The notes: generated by a model not told the origin, from the sequence alone. Shown: positions 1 to 12,093, counted from the whole stretch's first letter. The stretch is DNA of 62,930 bases, filler included, from Globobulimina sp. (GCA_003354225.1; 27 parts of 27 records of this genome joined end to end with filler, not necessarily neighbours in it); one strand, 5' to 3'. Translations and numbers: made by a program.

Positions 1-2
1 TG

Positions 3-809
3 TGGCTCTTTTCGTAAAAACGTTACCTTTTTGAATTGTACTCTGTTTGTTTGCTTTGATTTATAACTAGTTATAAAAATATAATGTTTCCCTTGTACAT
101 CTACTTGTTTATCAATAAATAGCATCAATGTTCAGCCGTTATATCAGAAACAATCACCGTATCAAAACCAATCAAGGAATCCTATGCCATACCAATCCAC
201 AGGTAGCTTTCCAAACAATGTCAATATTGATATTGCCATACATGACGCTGAGGCACATATTGACCCTGTACCATCAAAGAATATGTTGTACAATTTATTG
301 ATACAATTTTGTTGAATGATATTGACTCTGTCATCAATGGGACAGAACAAACATTGCCAAGATGGTCTTATGAGGATCAAAAACTAAATATAAATGATGA
401 TATACCGCGCAGAATAATAGTAAACCAGTTTGATTCGAAACATTTGTAACAGCATCAATAACAATCCTTTCATCACTAAATTCTAAAATAACACCAAGCA
501 AATTTCTCAATTTAACGCAACGAAACACCCATGAGTCATCATCAGATTTATTGCCAATTTTAGGCTTTTCTTTATAATCCGCAGAGAGTACACATTGCCA
601 TTTTTTTACATATCTTAAAGTAAGTAATTCCATTGGATGATATTAGCTTTATTTATTTTTTTATTTTTATCATGTCATGCCATTTTTATTCATGTTATGA
701 TAAACAAGTCGATGTACAAGAGCAACATTATATTTTTATAACTAGTTATAAATCAAAGCAAACAAACAGAGTACAATTAAAAAAGGTAACGTTTTTACGA
801 AAAGAGCCA
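3..809. repeat. Pair of 112-bp inverted repeats (3-114 and 698-809) enclosing about 580 bp; possible TIR element
   Basis: The reverse complement of 698-809 matches 3-114 with 4 mismatches. Each arm contains the perfect palindrome TTTATAACTAGTTATAAA (60-77, 735-752). Confidence 0.85.
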
Positions 810-1812
810 ATTTACATATGTTATAACTGATAAAATAATGTTTTATAAAAATGATACACAGTTTTAACACTTTCCATCTGGATTGATTCGTTTGTGGTGG
901 ATTCCATATTATTTGATGAATAAAAACAAGAATAAAGAATAAATATCTCAATATTTCCACAAACATACCACCTTTTAAAACAATTTCAGATTCTTTCTCA
1001 TTTTCAAATAAGATTGGAAATGGTTCTTGAAAATAACATGGTTGTGACTGTGACAATGGACGAAATTTAAATGGTATATTCATGCTTGCTCTGCAAAGAT
1101 AATTTTCCAAAAACATCACTCCTCTGATCACATAATTTTGAAACCACTCTCCTTCAACAGTTAGACTGCCATCCTTTGTGGTTGGCAGTAAAGCCGTCCA
1201 TACATTGTCAGAACCAAAAGACAGATCTTGTGCAATCACAGTATTATCACAGTGTGCATACACTGCCGACCACATATAATTAGTTATATGATCATGGTGT
1301 GGTGTACCAATCCAATAATTGGGATTCTCCATTCCATTCTTATCCACAAAAGAGAGAAATTTTTGCATTCCTTGTTTCGAAACTACATAAGAATGAGTGG
1401 TGTTACATTTGACCTGCCAAATGGATGATATTTGTTTGTGTTTAAATAATGGATAAATCATGTTAGATCCCAAAAATAATGCATCCCACTTTGTAGATTG
1501 TTGAACTTGAATAAATTTGGTACAATCGATAATAATTTGTTGCCAGCCATTATTAAATGTTGCATCATCTTCAAAGATAAGAACAAAATCATCATTATTT
1601 GAGAAACTTTGTTTTATAATCGACAAATGAGACATAAAACAACCATATTTTCCGCCATGCTCTGATTTATTTACTCGCAAAAACTGTACTTTGGAGGCTA
1701 AGCCAACAGAAGCAAATGTCTGTTTTGCTGCTTCATATCTGTCCGTTCTTTGACGTACATTGATACAATAAATTCTCTTACCAAATATTTTCCAAATATC
1801 TCCTCTTGACAT
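742..1812 (-). CDS. Glycosyltransferase family 25-like protein
   Basis: 356-aa ORF with GT25 motifs: IYCINVRQRTDR, GCFMSH, VLIFEDDA and THSYVVS. Confidence 0.8.
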   Translation of the reverse strand: MSRGDIWKIFGKRIYCINVRQRTDRYEAAKQTFASVGLASKVQFLRVNKSEHGGKYGCFMSHLSIIKQSFSNNDDFVLIFEDDATFNNGWQQIIIDCTKFIQVQQSTKWDALFLGSNMIYPLFKHKQISSIWQVKCNTTHSYVVSKQGMQKFLSFVDKNGMENPNYWIGTPHHDHITNYMWSAVYAHCDNTVIAQDLSFGSDNVWTALLPTTKDGSLTVEGEWFQNYVIRGVMFLENYLCRASMNIPFKFRPLSQSQPCYFQEPFPILFENEKESEIVLKGGMFVEILRYLFFILVFIHQIIWNPPQTNQSRWKVLKLCIIFIKHYFISYNICKLALFVKTLPFLIVLCLFALIYN

Positions 1813-2236
1813 TTTTTTAATTTTTCTTCTGTCTTTTTTTTAAATTTAGATGCTAATTTTAGATAAATGCTAATTTTAGGATTATGAAAGTGCATGACTC
1901 ATAACTCCATTTATATTCTAATAAACTGTCATTTGCACGCAACAATATCTTAAATTGGTGGTCTTTATATATTCCGGATAATGTTTTATAAAAATGAGAA
2001 TCAAACGGAATCTTTTGCTACGAATCAAAAGGCTCAAATCGCAATGTTTTTATAAAATTGACATTAAACAAATTAAACAAATTATAACGTACATTAGAAA
2101 CCAATTAAATTAACGTACACATTGCGTTGAGAGACGGTATTGGAGCGACGTGAGATTGAAATTTTTGTGTTTCGTCTGTTAATTTCATATTGCTGGATTT
2201 TGACTTTTGATATCTGTTTTGTGTTCTTTAATACCA

Positions 2237-2336
2237 NNNNNNNNNNNNNNNNNNNNNNNNNNNNNNNNNNNNNNNNNNNNTTAATTAATTAANNNNNNNN
2301 NNNNNNNNNNNNNNNNNNNNNNNNNNNNNNNNNNNN
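2237..2336. other. Artificial contig linker (44 N + TTAATTAATTAA + 44 N); first of 26, recurring every ~2.33 kb
   Basis: An identical 100-nt spacer with six-frame stops separates contigs of monotonically decreasing length (2236 to 2232 nt). Confidence 0.99.
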
Positions 2337-2337
2337 G

Positions 2338-2451
2338 AAAAATGGGTGGAGACATATAAAACTTGAATTTAGCACAAATCATGGTTGCACTTATTCTGGC
2401 AGTTGTCGCTTTGCTGTTAGAGAATTTCAATTGCATGGTATTAAATTGTAA
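2338..2451 (+). CDS. 3' fragment of a gene; C-terminus resembles a galactose-binding-like (discoidin/DOC) beta-sandwich
   Basis: Open from the contig start: KNGWRHIKLEFSTNHGCTYSGSCRFAVREFQLHGIKL*. Confidence 0.4.
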   Translation, partial: KNGWRHIKLEFSTNHGCTYSGSCRFAVREFQLHGIKL

Positions 2452-2577
2452 CCCCAATGAATTTTGAAACCTGTATAAATAAATGATTTCATTGTCAAAA
2501 CAACTATAAAAAAAGTAAAGTTCGGTTTTAAAATGCAAGTTTTCAAATCAGTGTATACAAAAACTTCAATCAATATC

Positions 2578-3803
2578 ATGACAAAACGCTCCGCACCAAT
2601 GGGTGATCTCACGGTGGACATAGCTCCCCCTTCTAAACGATTAAAAGTAATGACAATGGATTCATCGCAAAACAAAGTCGGCACATTGCATGAGAAAACA
2701 GTTAAGCATTCATTACTGCATTACAAGCAGCGCAAGGATCCTTAACACATAATTATTACAACAATACAATGAAACAGGGACTATCCCGTACATCAAACCT
2801 AAAATCCCCCACCATGGTGCTCGAAGGCCACACGCAGGCATTGTACGCCTGCAAATTCAGTCCAGATGGCATCAACATCGCGTCCGCCGGTGCGGGTCGA
2901 GACATTTTACTGTGGCATGTGTACGGTGAATGCGAAAACCACACTCAATTAAAAGGACATAAAAACTCAGTCTTGCAGCTATCATGGAGTGGCGGCTCGG
3001 ATTTACTATTTTCAGCCTCTGCAGATCGTACCGCAGCAATATGGAATGTGGAATATGGAGTGCGCTTAAAACAAATCAAAGACCACTCTTCCTTCGTAAA
3101 CTCCATTTATTGCACCAAACGCGGTCACCAATATTTCAGCACTGCCTCCGATGATGGCACGTGCAAAATATTTGATATTCGAATGCGAGCTCCATTGAAA
3201 AGATACGATGCGACGTACCAAGTTACTTCGTGTGCTTTGACCAACAATGCACTCAAGTTATATACGGGCGGCATTGACAATGAAATTAAAATTTGGGATG
3301 GCAGGAAATCCAGCAAACCAATGCTGAGTTTGAAATTTCATTCGGATACTATAACTTCGTTGTCATTGTCCAATGATTACAATCAACAGTATTTGTTATC
3401 CAATTCGATGGATAAAAACATTGCGATTTGGGATATTCAGACGTTTGTTAACAAGACGCAGTTGAAACAGTTGCAAGAGTTGGGGCATAAAGAGATGACT
3501 GAGGAGCTGCGACAGCAGGAAATCAATAAAATAAATTCGCGGAACAGGCTGGTGAGGGTTGTGAAGGGCGTACAGCATAATCACGAACGGTTGTTAATAA
3601 AAGCGAATTTTGGAAAGGATGATACTAAGATTTGCTGTGGTTCATCGGATCGAATGGCGTACATTTTTGATGTGGAGAGCGGCAAAATGGAGTATAAGTT
3701 GCCTGGACATAAAGGGTCAGTGAATGAAGTCGATTATCATCCGAAAGAACCGATTATTGTGTCATGTTCGAGTGATAAAAAATTGTTTTTGGGTGAGCTT
3801 TAA
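2578..3803 (+). CDS. SNRNP40: U5 snRNP 40-kDa WD40 protein, 2 exons (intron 2701-2777)
   Basis: RTSNLKSPTMVLEGH, LWHVYGECEN, YKLPGHKGSVNEVDYHPKEPII and terminal LFLGEL match U5-40K. A phase-0 GT-AG intron joins ORFs 2533 and 2769. Confidence 0.92.
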
Positions 3804-4002
3804 CTTAATAATATGTACTCTCGTATCCTTGCGCATTTTTGGCGTAACAAAATGTGCAATTTTCGGTAAAATGGCGCCAAAAAATAGCGTCCAAATAACA
3901 ACACTTTTTTTTGACGCTATACTTTTTGATGCTAATTACTTTCATTTTTTTTAGGTTGCATTCGCCGAATTATTTCATACATTAATCAAATGGATAAATA
4001 AT

Positions 4003-4458
4003 TCATGATTGTTCTTTAAATCGAACCAAATTCGAGTCACATAATTGACAAAACATTAGAGTTTTTGGATTGGGATGTTTACAAAATTCACACCAAACCC
4101 TCTCCCAATCTCTTGTGATGAGTTTCCGTGCTTTGAATTGTTTGACTTCTGGCTTTTTATCACTTGTATTGTCATCAATAGTTTTCCTAATACTCCTCTC
4201 TGAATAGCCAAGTTCCTTTTTTTTATTCTTATCAAATGCATTTTTTTCTAAATAGCCAGGGATCTTTTTTTTATTTAAACCCAATGCAATTTCAGCATAT
4301 CTATCCGCGATAACATCCAATTTTTTTGATTGTCCTTTTGCTTCACGCAATTGTTGTCTCTCTTTTTTTGTCATGTGATTCCACCATTTCTTCCGATGCT
4401 TCCTACTTGTAACACATCGATACTTTCTCTTCTTTGACCTCCAAACAGTACGTCCCAT
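4003..4458 (-). CDS. Small basic protein with C-terminal C4 zinc ribbon (RanBP2-like)
   Basis: 151 aa, K/R-rich; ends in WCEFCKHPN-x6-CQLC. Confidence 0.6.
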   Translation of the reverse strand: MGRTVWRSKKRKYRCVTSRKHRKKWWNHMTKKERQQLREAKGQSKKLDVIADRYAEIALGLNKKKIPGYLEKNAFDKNKKKELGYSERSIRKTIDDNTSDKKPEVKQFKARKLITRDWERVWCEFCKHPNPKTLMFCQLCDSNLVRFKEQS

Positions 4459-4672
4459 GATGTTCCACTGAAATACAAAAAAAAAAACTGTGTTTAAGCT
4501 CTCATTTCAAGCATGGCAGCGCCTCAGCCGCATTCTAAGTCATTCACCATATCCAAAGGTTCCAATGTACATNNNNNNNNNNNNNNNNNNNNNNNNNNNN
4601 NNNNNNNNNNNNNNNNTTAATTAATTAANNNNNNNNNNNNNNNNNNNNNNNNNNNNNNNNNNNNNNNNNNNN

Positions 4673-4961
4673 TCTGCAGTGGATCTGCGAGGATTTGAAA
4701 CAACAATTTAAAAATTGTGCAACTATTTTTAGGTATTGCACAATATAATATTTTATTGTTTTTATCAGCAATAACATGAGCCATTCTGGAGCTCTTTGTC
4801 AAAGTCAATGATAACTCGTTTATTCCGAATCCGATGTGATCCAATCTGTCTTGTTCTGCAGCCAGGTTTATTTCAAAATTTTGGCTGTAGAGATGCATAG
4901 AATCGTTATTGAATGACAAAAGTGACATAACCATGAACCCAATGGTAGGTACTGTTAACAC
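4673..4961 (-). CDS. Type II membrane carbohydrate sulfotransferase (Sulfotransfer_2 family), 5' part
   Basis: N-terminal hydrophobic stretch, then the PAPS-binding motif ILYCAIPKNSCT; runs off the contig. Confidence 0.7.
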
Positions 4962-5092
4962 AATGATGAATGCATGATGAGCTTACGAAAATGACTAAAA
5001 TTGAAAACACACACAGCTAATAATTATACATTGAAAAAGAAAAGTTCCAAAGTTGTGATTGGTTGATTATTTATCAGTTTCTATACTAAAGT

Positions 5093-5763
5093 TTATCGAC
5101 CGTGATTGCGTTTGGCTCCCATGGTAACTATTGAAGCAACTACAAATACAGCTAATGCCGCAATATCCAGCCAACAACTTGCTGCCATTTCAACATCTGT
5201 GTTATCCACATCCCAACATAAATGACCTTTTGACCTTAACATGTTAAAAAGATGCTCATTTACTGTATATACATTCAATGCAAACTAAACATGACTAAAA
5301 ATCCAGCAAACGCAGTAGCAGCAGAAATGCCTGCAAAGATAAAGAAACCACACGTTGCCTGTCGTGTACATGGAACAATTAATAATAATATGCCCAATGC
5401 TCCAAAACCAGCTGATCCAATACTTGCATAATGAAATAATTTACCAGCATTAATCTGTGTGCACGAATCGCTTGATCCTGCATTGCATTCTGCATCAATA
5501 TCAATTGTTTTTGCTAATATAACTCCATCACTGTCATCCACGCCAACATAGTCAATATTGTATCCATATATTAATGCACTTTTGCATGTATCAATTGCTC
5601 CTGAACATAAATACTGGGCATTCCTACCACATATTACTGTGCCAGCAATTGTATTTTCTTTGGTGATTTCATCCAACCGCCACGACACAATGACGCATAT
5701 GACCGCCAAAACACCAAAAAATAGGCCAAACAGAACTTTGCACATTGCATTGCCTTCACCCAT
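5093..5763 (-). CDS. Four-TM claudin/tetraspan-like membrane protein, 2 exons (intron 5235-5290)
   Basis: TM1, Cys-containing loop, TM2, TM3, then TM4 in the second exon. The 56-nt GT-AG intron restores the frame (LVM-SKGHLCW). Confidence 0.65.
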
Positions 5764-5950
5764 TGTTGTGATGAATAATAAACTTTTCAGTTACTTTTTT
5801 ACTCAAAAACAGTCCCGTTTTAACCTGGCCTCAATAGATCCTGAAGCTGATTATTTGCTTCCGTCTATTGGCTGTTTGATTGCTCTATTCCTATCAATAT
5901 TCATTTGTTGGAAATGGAAATTCCGCACTAGATCTAACAAATACAACATA

Positions 5951-6460
5951 ATGGGTAATCAAAATAATAATATTTCCTCGCCAAAAACAGAAACACAAAC
6001 ACAAAATGACTACAATGACAATGATGACAACGATAGCAAGAATGTGAGCGGCGTCAACAATAGAATGAGAATCATAGATAACAAAAAAATAGCTGATCAT
6101 CATGATAATAATAGTAAGAAATCCAAATCATTTTTTGGTGGAATTAAGGATTATTTTATGGGGACAACCAATATCAATACAAACGAAGACGATGTGAATC
6201 AATATCATAGCAAATACACAAACACTGCAGTCTTCGTAAAACTATCTGCACCAAATTATTATTTTGCGAATCAAGTTTAGTTTTTTTTTTATTAATTATG
6301 GATTATGGGTCAATGAACCGCAATTTCGCAAAATTTCTACTTTTCATTTGTTGTTTATATAAAATTGTAAATTAAATAGGGACTGCAATGGGTCGAAGAA
6401 ACAATGATTTACGACGAAGAGGGTGATGGCTATCATATTTGTATTGGCCCATTATCTTAA
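5951..6460 (+). CDS. Hypothetical, possibly N-myristoylated protein, 2 exons (intron 6275-6379)
   Basis: MGNQNN start; phase-0 intron leads to GLQWVEETMIYDEEGDGYHICIGPLS*. Confidence 0.5.
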
Positions 6461-7324
6461 CATTAATTATATTCATCTTTGACTCAACTGCCTTTTTTAA
6501 GATTTATCTCCTCATTTTTTTTCTTCATATATTTTTTTCTGTGTATCAGCTTTTTTGTTGTATGGTTTTATCATTTAAAATTTAATTGTACGTACCAATT
6601 AGTACAAGTAGTTATTTACGTCATTCACAAATTCTTAGCTATTTAATATAAAGTATCGCTCATCAAAAAGACAAAAACACGTTAATTGTCATAACAATAT
6701 TTAACTATTTTGGCTAAAGTTTCGTTTCAAAGGTTTTCCCTTCGGTTTTTGAGTTAAGAGTGCCGAAAATTAATTATCAATTTGTTCTGACTTTGTTCTG
6801 GATTTGCAAAACCAAGACAAAGTTATAACAAACACAAAACAAACCCAAGACAAACCTATAGCAAAACGTTCTTGATTTGCAAAGCGTTTCTCAGATAATT
6901 GAATAAAANNNNNNNNNNNNNNNNNNNNNNNNNNNNNNNNNNNNNNNNNNNNTTAATTAATTAANNNNNNNNNNNNNNNNNNNNNNNNNNNNNNNNNNNN
7001 NNNNNNNNTTTAAAACACAAAATAAGGTTCTATGGTTGAAACAAATGGTGAGAGGAATACATTGCGCGTGGTGTAATAAACAAGACACACAATTAAAATG
7101 TTGTAAAGGGTGCAAAAGTGTTTGGCATTGTTCTAGAAAACATCAAAAGTTTCATTGGACTGAACATCATTGTAATTAATAAATAATTATTTTTATTGCA
7201 ATATATTCGTTTATTTTTTATCGATATTCGGATTTACTTTCCTGTGCATAATGGAAAACATGTACTGTTTTTGAGTCTAAGTTAGAAATATAAATTAAAG
7301 AAAAGGTTACAATATTTTATATAT

Positions 7325-8884
7325 TTAAAGTGACGTAGAAGAGGAGCCTTGTGTTGCTTTACTAAACGATGATCTATTGTTACTATCTAAATCTTGTACA
7401 ATATTTTTGGCCATATCTTTCCCAGTATTACCAATACCAGCAAATAATCTTGATTTTGATAATCTGTTTGATTGTAAACCACCAGACATCGCAATTTTAA
7501 ATTCATCAAATGAGATAAAGCCATCATTATTTAAGTCCGCTTCGGCAAACACAATTTGCGCTTCGTTTCTGGATAATTTTAGAGCGTCCTGCAACTCCTG
7601 TAACTCAATGGTGCCATCATTATTTTCATCCATTACACCAAAACATGTATGAATTAACATTTCATCCGATGATAATTGCATGGATGCATGAACGTGGCTA
7701 AATTCTTCAAACGATAGTTTGCCATCGCCATTGGTGTCGCATTTATCCATAATAATCTTTGCTTGCTGTATTGCGTCCTTCCTATAATACCCCATACCAT
7801 TTACCAATATGGACGCTAATTCTTCCACAGTTAACTCGCCATCGCCATCGGTATCAACTGATTCAAACATTTTCTTCAATTTTTCGATATCTTTTTTTGG
7901 TGCATAATGTATCACCACTTCAGCTAATTTCTTTTTTAATTGACTTTCATATTTAAATTGTGATAAAAATCCAAGTACTTCCTGCGATAAATGCTTGTCT
8001 GACAGCTTTGTCTCTCCAGACACGAATGGATGCAATAATGCCTGTGCTGCGGATGGCCTTTTTAATGGGCTTTTATTTAATAAAGTTAGTATAAAATCCT
8101 TTAAAGTGTCTGATAACTTTGCATGCTTTGGGAATTTTACTGATTGTTTGACAATGTTTAAAAATATTCGATTATTATTTTTGCCATTAAATGGTGGCTG
8201 CCCAGTCACCAAAATGAAACATATGACACCAATCGCCCATACATCGGCAGCAAATAAAATCTTGCCAGTCCTCGATTTACCGTTCAAATATTCTGGAGCC
8301 AAATAGTACGGTGTGCCTACAATGTCTGTATAGTTCTGGTCGGCCACCACTTTTCTAGCGCATCCAAAATCAATCAATTTTAATTTCGAATCGATACTTT
8401 TGGCTTCAAATACAAAATTTTCTGGCTTCAAATCGCGATGAGCTATATTTCTTGCATGGCAATGTTGTATTGATAATAACATTTGCTTTATTAATTTGGA
8501 TGCAATTTTTTCTGAGAATTTGGTTGCTTTTACAATGCGATCAAATAACTCACCACCGCTGCACAATGATGTGGCGATATAATAATTATCCGAATCCATA
8601 TAACAATCAATAAAATTTATTATGTTGTGATGTTGTTTCAATTCCTTTAAAATAGTTACTTCTCTTTCAAATAAATTGAGATTCATTTTATTTTTCTTTG
8701 ACATTTTTTTTAATGCGACAACATTTTGTGTTGATATTTGAAGACATTCTCGGACTTCACACGACGCGCCTTCTCCTAAAACACGAAGCACTTTAAATTT
8801 TTGTGTCATATCTTCGCATTGATTCTCTTTCGGTACAAGCTCTGAAAGAGGAGTTCTCGTTAGGCACGAACAAAAAGCACCCAT
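7325..8884 (-). CDS. CDPK: Calcium-dependent protein kinase with four EF hands
   Basis: MGAFCSC acylation motif, kinase motifs (HRDLKPEN, DFG, APE) and EF hands DTDGDGEL, DTNGDGKL, DENNDGTI, DLNNDGFI. Confidence 0.95.
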   Translation of the reverse strand: MGAFCSCLTRTPLSELVPKENQCEDMTQKFKVLRVLGEGASCEVRECLQISTQNVVALKKMSKKNKMNLNLFEREVTILKELKQHHNIINFIDCYMDSDNYYIATSLCSGGELFDRIVKATKFSEKIASKLIKQMLLSIQHCHARNIAHRDLKPENFVFEAKSIDSKLKLIDFGCARKVVADQNYTDIVGTPYYLAPEYLNGKSRTGKILFAADVWAIGVICFILVTGQPPFNGKNNNRIFLNIVKQSVKFPKHAKLSDTLKDFILTLLNKSPLKRPSAAQALLHPFVSGETKLSDKHLSQEVLGFLSQFKYESQLKKKLAEVVIHYAPKKDIEKLKKMFESVDTDGDGELTVEELASILVNGMGYYRKDAIQQAKIIMDKCDTNGDGKLSFEEFSHVHASMQLSSDEMLIHTCFGVMDENNDGTIELQELQDALKLSRNEAQIVFAEADLNNDGFISFDEFKIAMSGGLQSNRLSKSRLFAGIGNTGKDMAKNIVQDLDSNNRSSFSKATQGSSSTSL

Positions 8885-9621
8885 TATCTATAAACAAGAA
8901 GGAAAAACGATAAAACAAATGTTATATTTTTGACGTATTTTAATATTTCATAATTTTAATCAAAGAGGAATCGATGTAATTATTTTTTTTGCACAATGAT
9001 ACAACGATCGTTATTCAAGTATAGTCAAATCATTTGTTATCAAACGTTAATATTTATTGGATATGATAAACAAATCCTGTTTGCCGAGATATCGTGGCAT
9101 GGAATTTTATCATTTTCCTCTGAAGAATAACATCCTCATAACAGTGTTCATTAATATTTTTCTTCGCTTTCTGAAGAAATTCCTGTTGCGTCAAAACAGC
9201 ACCACGTATTATATTATAGTCCTGTTTTCCAAACCTTTTCTTATNNNNNNNNNNNNNNNNNNNNNNNNNNNNNNNNNNNNNNNNNNNNTTAATTAATTAA
9301 NNNNNNNNNNNNNNNNNNNNNNNNNNNNNNNNNNNNNNNNNNNNCTTCACTGTCGTCATCATTAATATCGGTATAATGTAACGTTAATGCGCTGCTTCCT
9401 TGTCATGCATCAACTAGGAAGTACTCCATCGCCAGGGATTATCGGGTGACCAGTGGGTGATGAAGATATACATATTATAAGTAACAGAAAGTATAATAAG
9501 AGGATCAGATTTCAAATTAAAAAAAAACATTTAATATACACGTGCTGCATAAAGAACCTTCCAAGTTATGTTATGTTATTTGCACAGATTGTTTGCAATG
9601 TAAATGTTTGGTTATACACAG

Positions 9622-10400
9622 AAAGAGGTACAGGACCCTCCATTCCTTATTATTGGCATATTTCAGCAGAAGAAGAATTAGAGCGTCTGCATAGTGAAAT
9701 AAGTAAACCAGAAAATATTGAAAAGAATTCAGATCCAAGAACAAGAAATGCGATTCCTGCTACAGCTGTGGGTTTGTTTTGTTTTGTTTTGTTTGCATCG
9801 GCCACCACTGCAGTGACATGTTGTTATTTTATTTGTTGAATAGTTGGTAAAAGCCCTGTTGATAAAGGTATGTCATTTCATATTGTCATATCAAAGAAAA
9901 TTCTGTAGAAATCTATAATTTGCTGATTAAGAATTTGGAACAGGTTTGCTTATTTGTGATTTTTCTTTTATTTGTTTATGCATTTTTTGATTTGTTTATA
10001 AGAGCATACTCGAAAATCAGTGATTGGATACAGGTTTATTTGATTTTTGTTTATTTACATAACTCTTTTTATATAATGAATGAGTTTAATTGTGTTTGTA
10101 GAATGGATAATGGAATGAGTAAAAAAGAAGCCATGGAAAAACCATGTTGAGTTAACATATATAAATTAATTATTTGTTAATGAATCCATATGCATTTATT
10201 TCATAGTTACGCAAAAAGAATACGAGCAACTTATGAAAAGTGAAGCTTTGGTGACGGATCCAGCAAATCCAGACAAACACTTAGTACCCAAATCCAATAC
10301 AAAGTCCTTTTCAATTATTCAATCTTTGGCAATAACAATTGCTTTATTTATTATCGGAATTTCGTCGTGCTATTTGCTACCAATTATGGAATTTAAGTAA
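9622..10400 (+). CDS. Multi-exon hypothetical protein with C-terminal TM (tail-anchored); 5' structure unresolved
   Basis: Several short GT-AG introns; the last (10146-10206) is frame-checked. The final exon ends SLAITIALFIIGISSCYLLPIMEFK*. Confidence 0.5.
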
Positions 10401-10527
10401 GAAGAAATTGTATTTTGGCTTTATTTATTATCAAAATGAGACAAAAATCAGTACTATGTTTGAATTATTTTCCTAGTTTCTAAGTTACATTTTATTTAAG
10501 GTTTTTTTTACTAACAAGTCAATTTAA

Positions 10528-11580
10528 TTAAATCTCTATCTCCCAAATATGTCCACTGCATTCAAATGGTGAAACAGTGCCAAATAACCCTACCAACTCT
10601 TTGTGTGTTTGAGTAAGTCTTTGCCAACTCTCCATATCATTGATATACTGCGCAACATTCATAAAATATTGAAATGAACAAATAATTTTTGGTCTTCTCG
10701 CAGGTGACACTTGGCCTGAACTCACTGCATTCTTTCCACCATTAATTTGGGCATCAATTAAACACTGAGCACCGTTAATATATCTTGTAATAAAATTTTC
10801 AGTCAATATCAAATCAACGATATCGCCACATAATAAAGAATGTTGTTTTGCAAGTTCAGAATCAGATACTTTTGCTATCCATGGAAACATCCACCAATCA
10901 AAATGTTGATAAACAAAATAATCCCATGTTTGCGAAAAACGATGCATTTGAAATGTATAATCACTGGGATTCAAGGAATTAAATGGTTCATTTCTTGCAC
11001 ATAGCACACGAGCAACATTTTCTTTATTTCGTGGCCATTGATCAGTATAATTTATATTTGTTAATTGATCCATATCATGTTTTCTTTCACCAATTCGACC
11101 AAACGGAACTGCTAAGACAGGAAACAATGCGTTGAATTCTTGATAATGTATTGATTGATTACTCATTGTATTGATTGTAAATAGGGTATTTTGAGTATTT
11201 TGAGTATTTTGAGTGCTTTGAGTGCATACAATATTGCTATCATTTGTACATGAAATAAATTGATTTTTCCATTGTCCAGCTTCGAACTGAATGTTTGTAA
11301 TAACATCGCGTTCAGAATCGACATTTATTTTTGCTTTTAATAATGTCCATGGTCCGGGTCCTGGTGCTCTTAAATCAATTTTATAATCGTTTTGGCAGAT
11401 TCTTAAAAAACTATTTGATGCATCATTGAATAATCGGCATAAATAAATGTTATCGTATTTTGCAATTGGATGCATTTTCCATTGTTGTTCTGTTGTGGTT
11501 GGCGATGTTAAATTGATTTTTCCTTTGCAGTCTACATATTTTTGTTTATGGATTGCTTGGAGATAACATCCAGATTTTTC
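10528..11580 (-). CDS. 5'-partial protein: fascin/beta-trefoil-like repeats plus a C-terminal HFDWWMFP domain
   Basis: Frame is open from the contig end. Motifs YLQAIH, FLRIC..IDLR..PGPW and QFISC precede HFDWWMFP...RRPKIICSF. Confidence 0.6.
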   Translation of the reverse strand, partial: EKSGCYLQAIHKQKYVDCKGKINLTSPTTTEQQWKMHPIAKYDNIYLCRLFNDASNSFLRICQNDYKIDLRAPGPGPWTLLKAKINVDSERDVITNIQFEAGQWKNQFISCTNDSNIVCTQSTQNTQNTQNTLFTINTMSNQSIHYQEFNALFPVLAVPFGRIGERKHDMDQLTNINYTDQWPRNKENVARVLCARNEPFNSLNPSDYTFQMHRFSQTWDYFVYQHFDWWMFPWIAKVSDSELAKQHSLLCGDIVDLILTENFITRYINGAQCLIDAQINGGKNAVSSGQVSPARRPKIICSFQYFMNVAQYINDMESWQRLTQTHKELVGLFGTVSPFECSGHIWEIEI

Positions 11581-11680
11581 NNNNNNNNNNNNNNNNNNNN
11601 NNNNNNNNNNNNNNNNNNNNNNNNTTAATTAATTAANNNNNNNNNNNNNNNNNNNNNNNNNNNNNNNNNNNNNNNNNNNN

Positions 11681-11827
11681 ATGAACAGAAAAGCAAAATT
11701 TTATATCTGCAAAGGTTGTCATTTGGCGTATTACTGTTCAAGACGCTGTCAAAAGATTGATTGGAGTGGTAATGATCATAAAACGTTCTGTATCTCCGTT
11801 CGTAAATCTTTAAAGATTTTAAAGTGA
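11681..11827 (+). CDS. 3' fragment with MYND zinc finger
   Basis: CKGCHLAYYCSRRCQKIDWSGNDHKTFC. Confidence 0.85.
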   Translation: MNRKAKFYICKGCHLAYYCSRRCQKIDWSGNDHKTFCISVRKSLKILK

Positions 11828-12093
11828 TTTCTACGACAAAACTTCACTAAACACAGCATGTCTTCGCTCAACGATCTATTGAACCACCAGTTACCAGCTA
11901 GATTCCACATCCAACCAGAATAATTGTGGTCAAACACTCTCAACTATTTTTTGCAACTGTGCAGCTACGAATTATGATCCATAGAATCTCTAATAATGTA
12001 TGAATTATGATCTTAAATACAACTTTCAAGTTTCAATTTCATCTTCGTTCTGCACAAATCTTCCTAACCCAAGAACATCTGTACTCGAGAAAC

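Noticed and set aside
742-1812. Giant-virus or bacterial origin for GT25 (and for LicD, GST)
   Set aside because: Composition matches the host, LicD has an intron, and no viral hallmark genes are present. It cannot be supported without phylogeny.
3830-3930. Short inverted repeats between convergent genes as terminators
   Set aside because: The context is eukaryotic, and 8-9 bp stems in AT-rich DNA can arise by chance.
5558-5950. N-terminal part of the 240-aa + strand ORF
   Set aside because: It overlaps the claudin-like gene on the other strand; the plausible start is MGNQ at 5951.
7377-8306. Antisense ORFs over CDPK, and similar short ORFs opposite other genes
   Set aside because: These are shadow frames of real genes with no motifs of their own.
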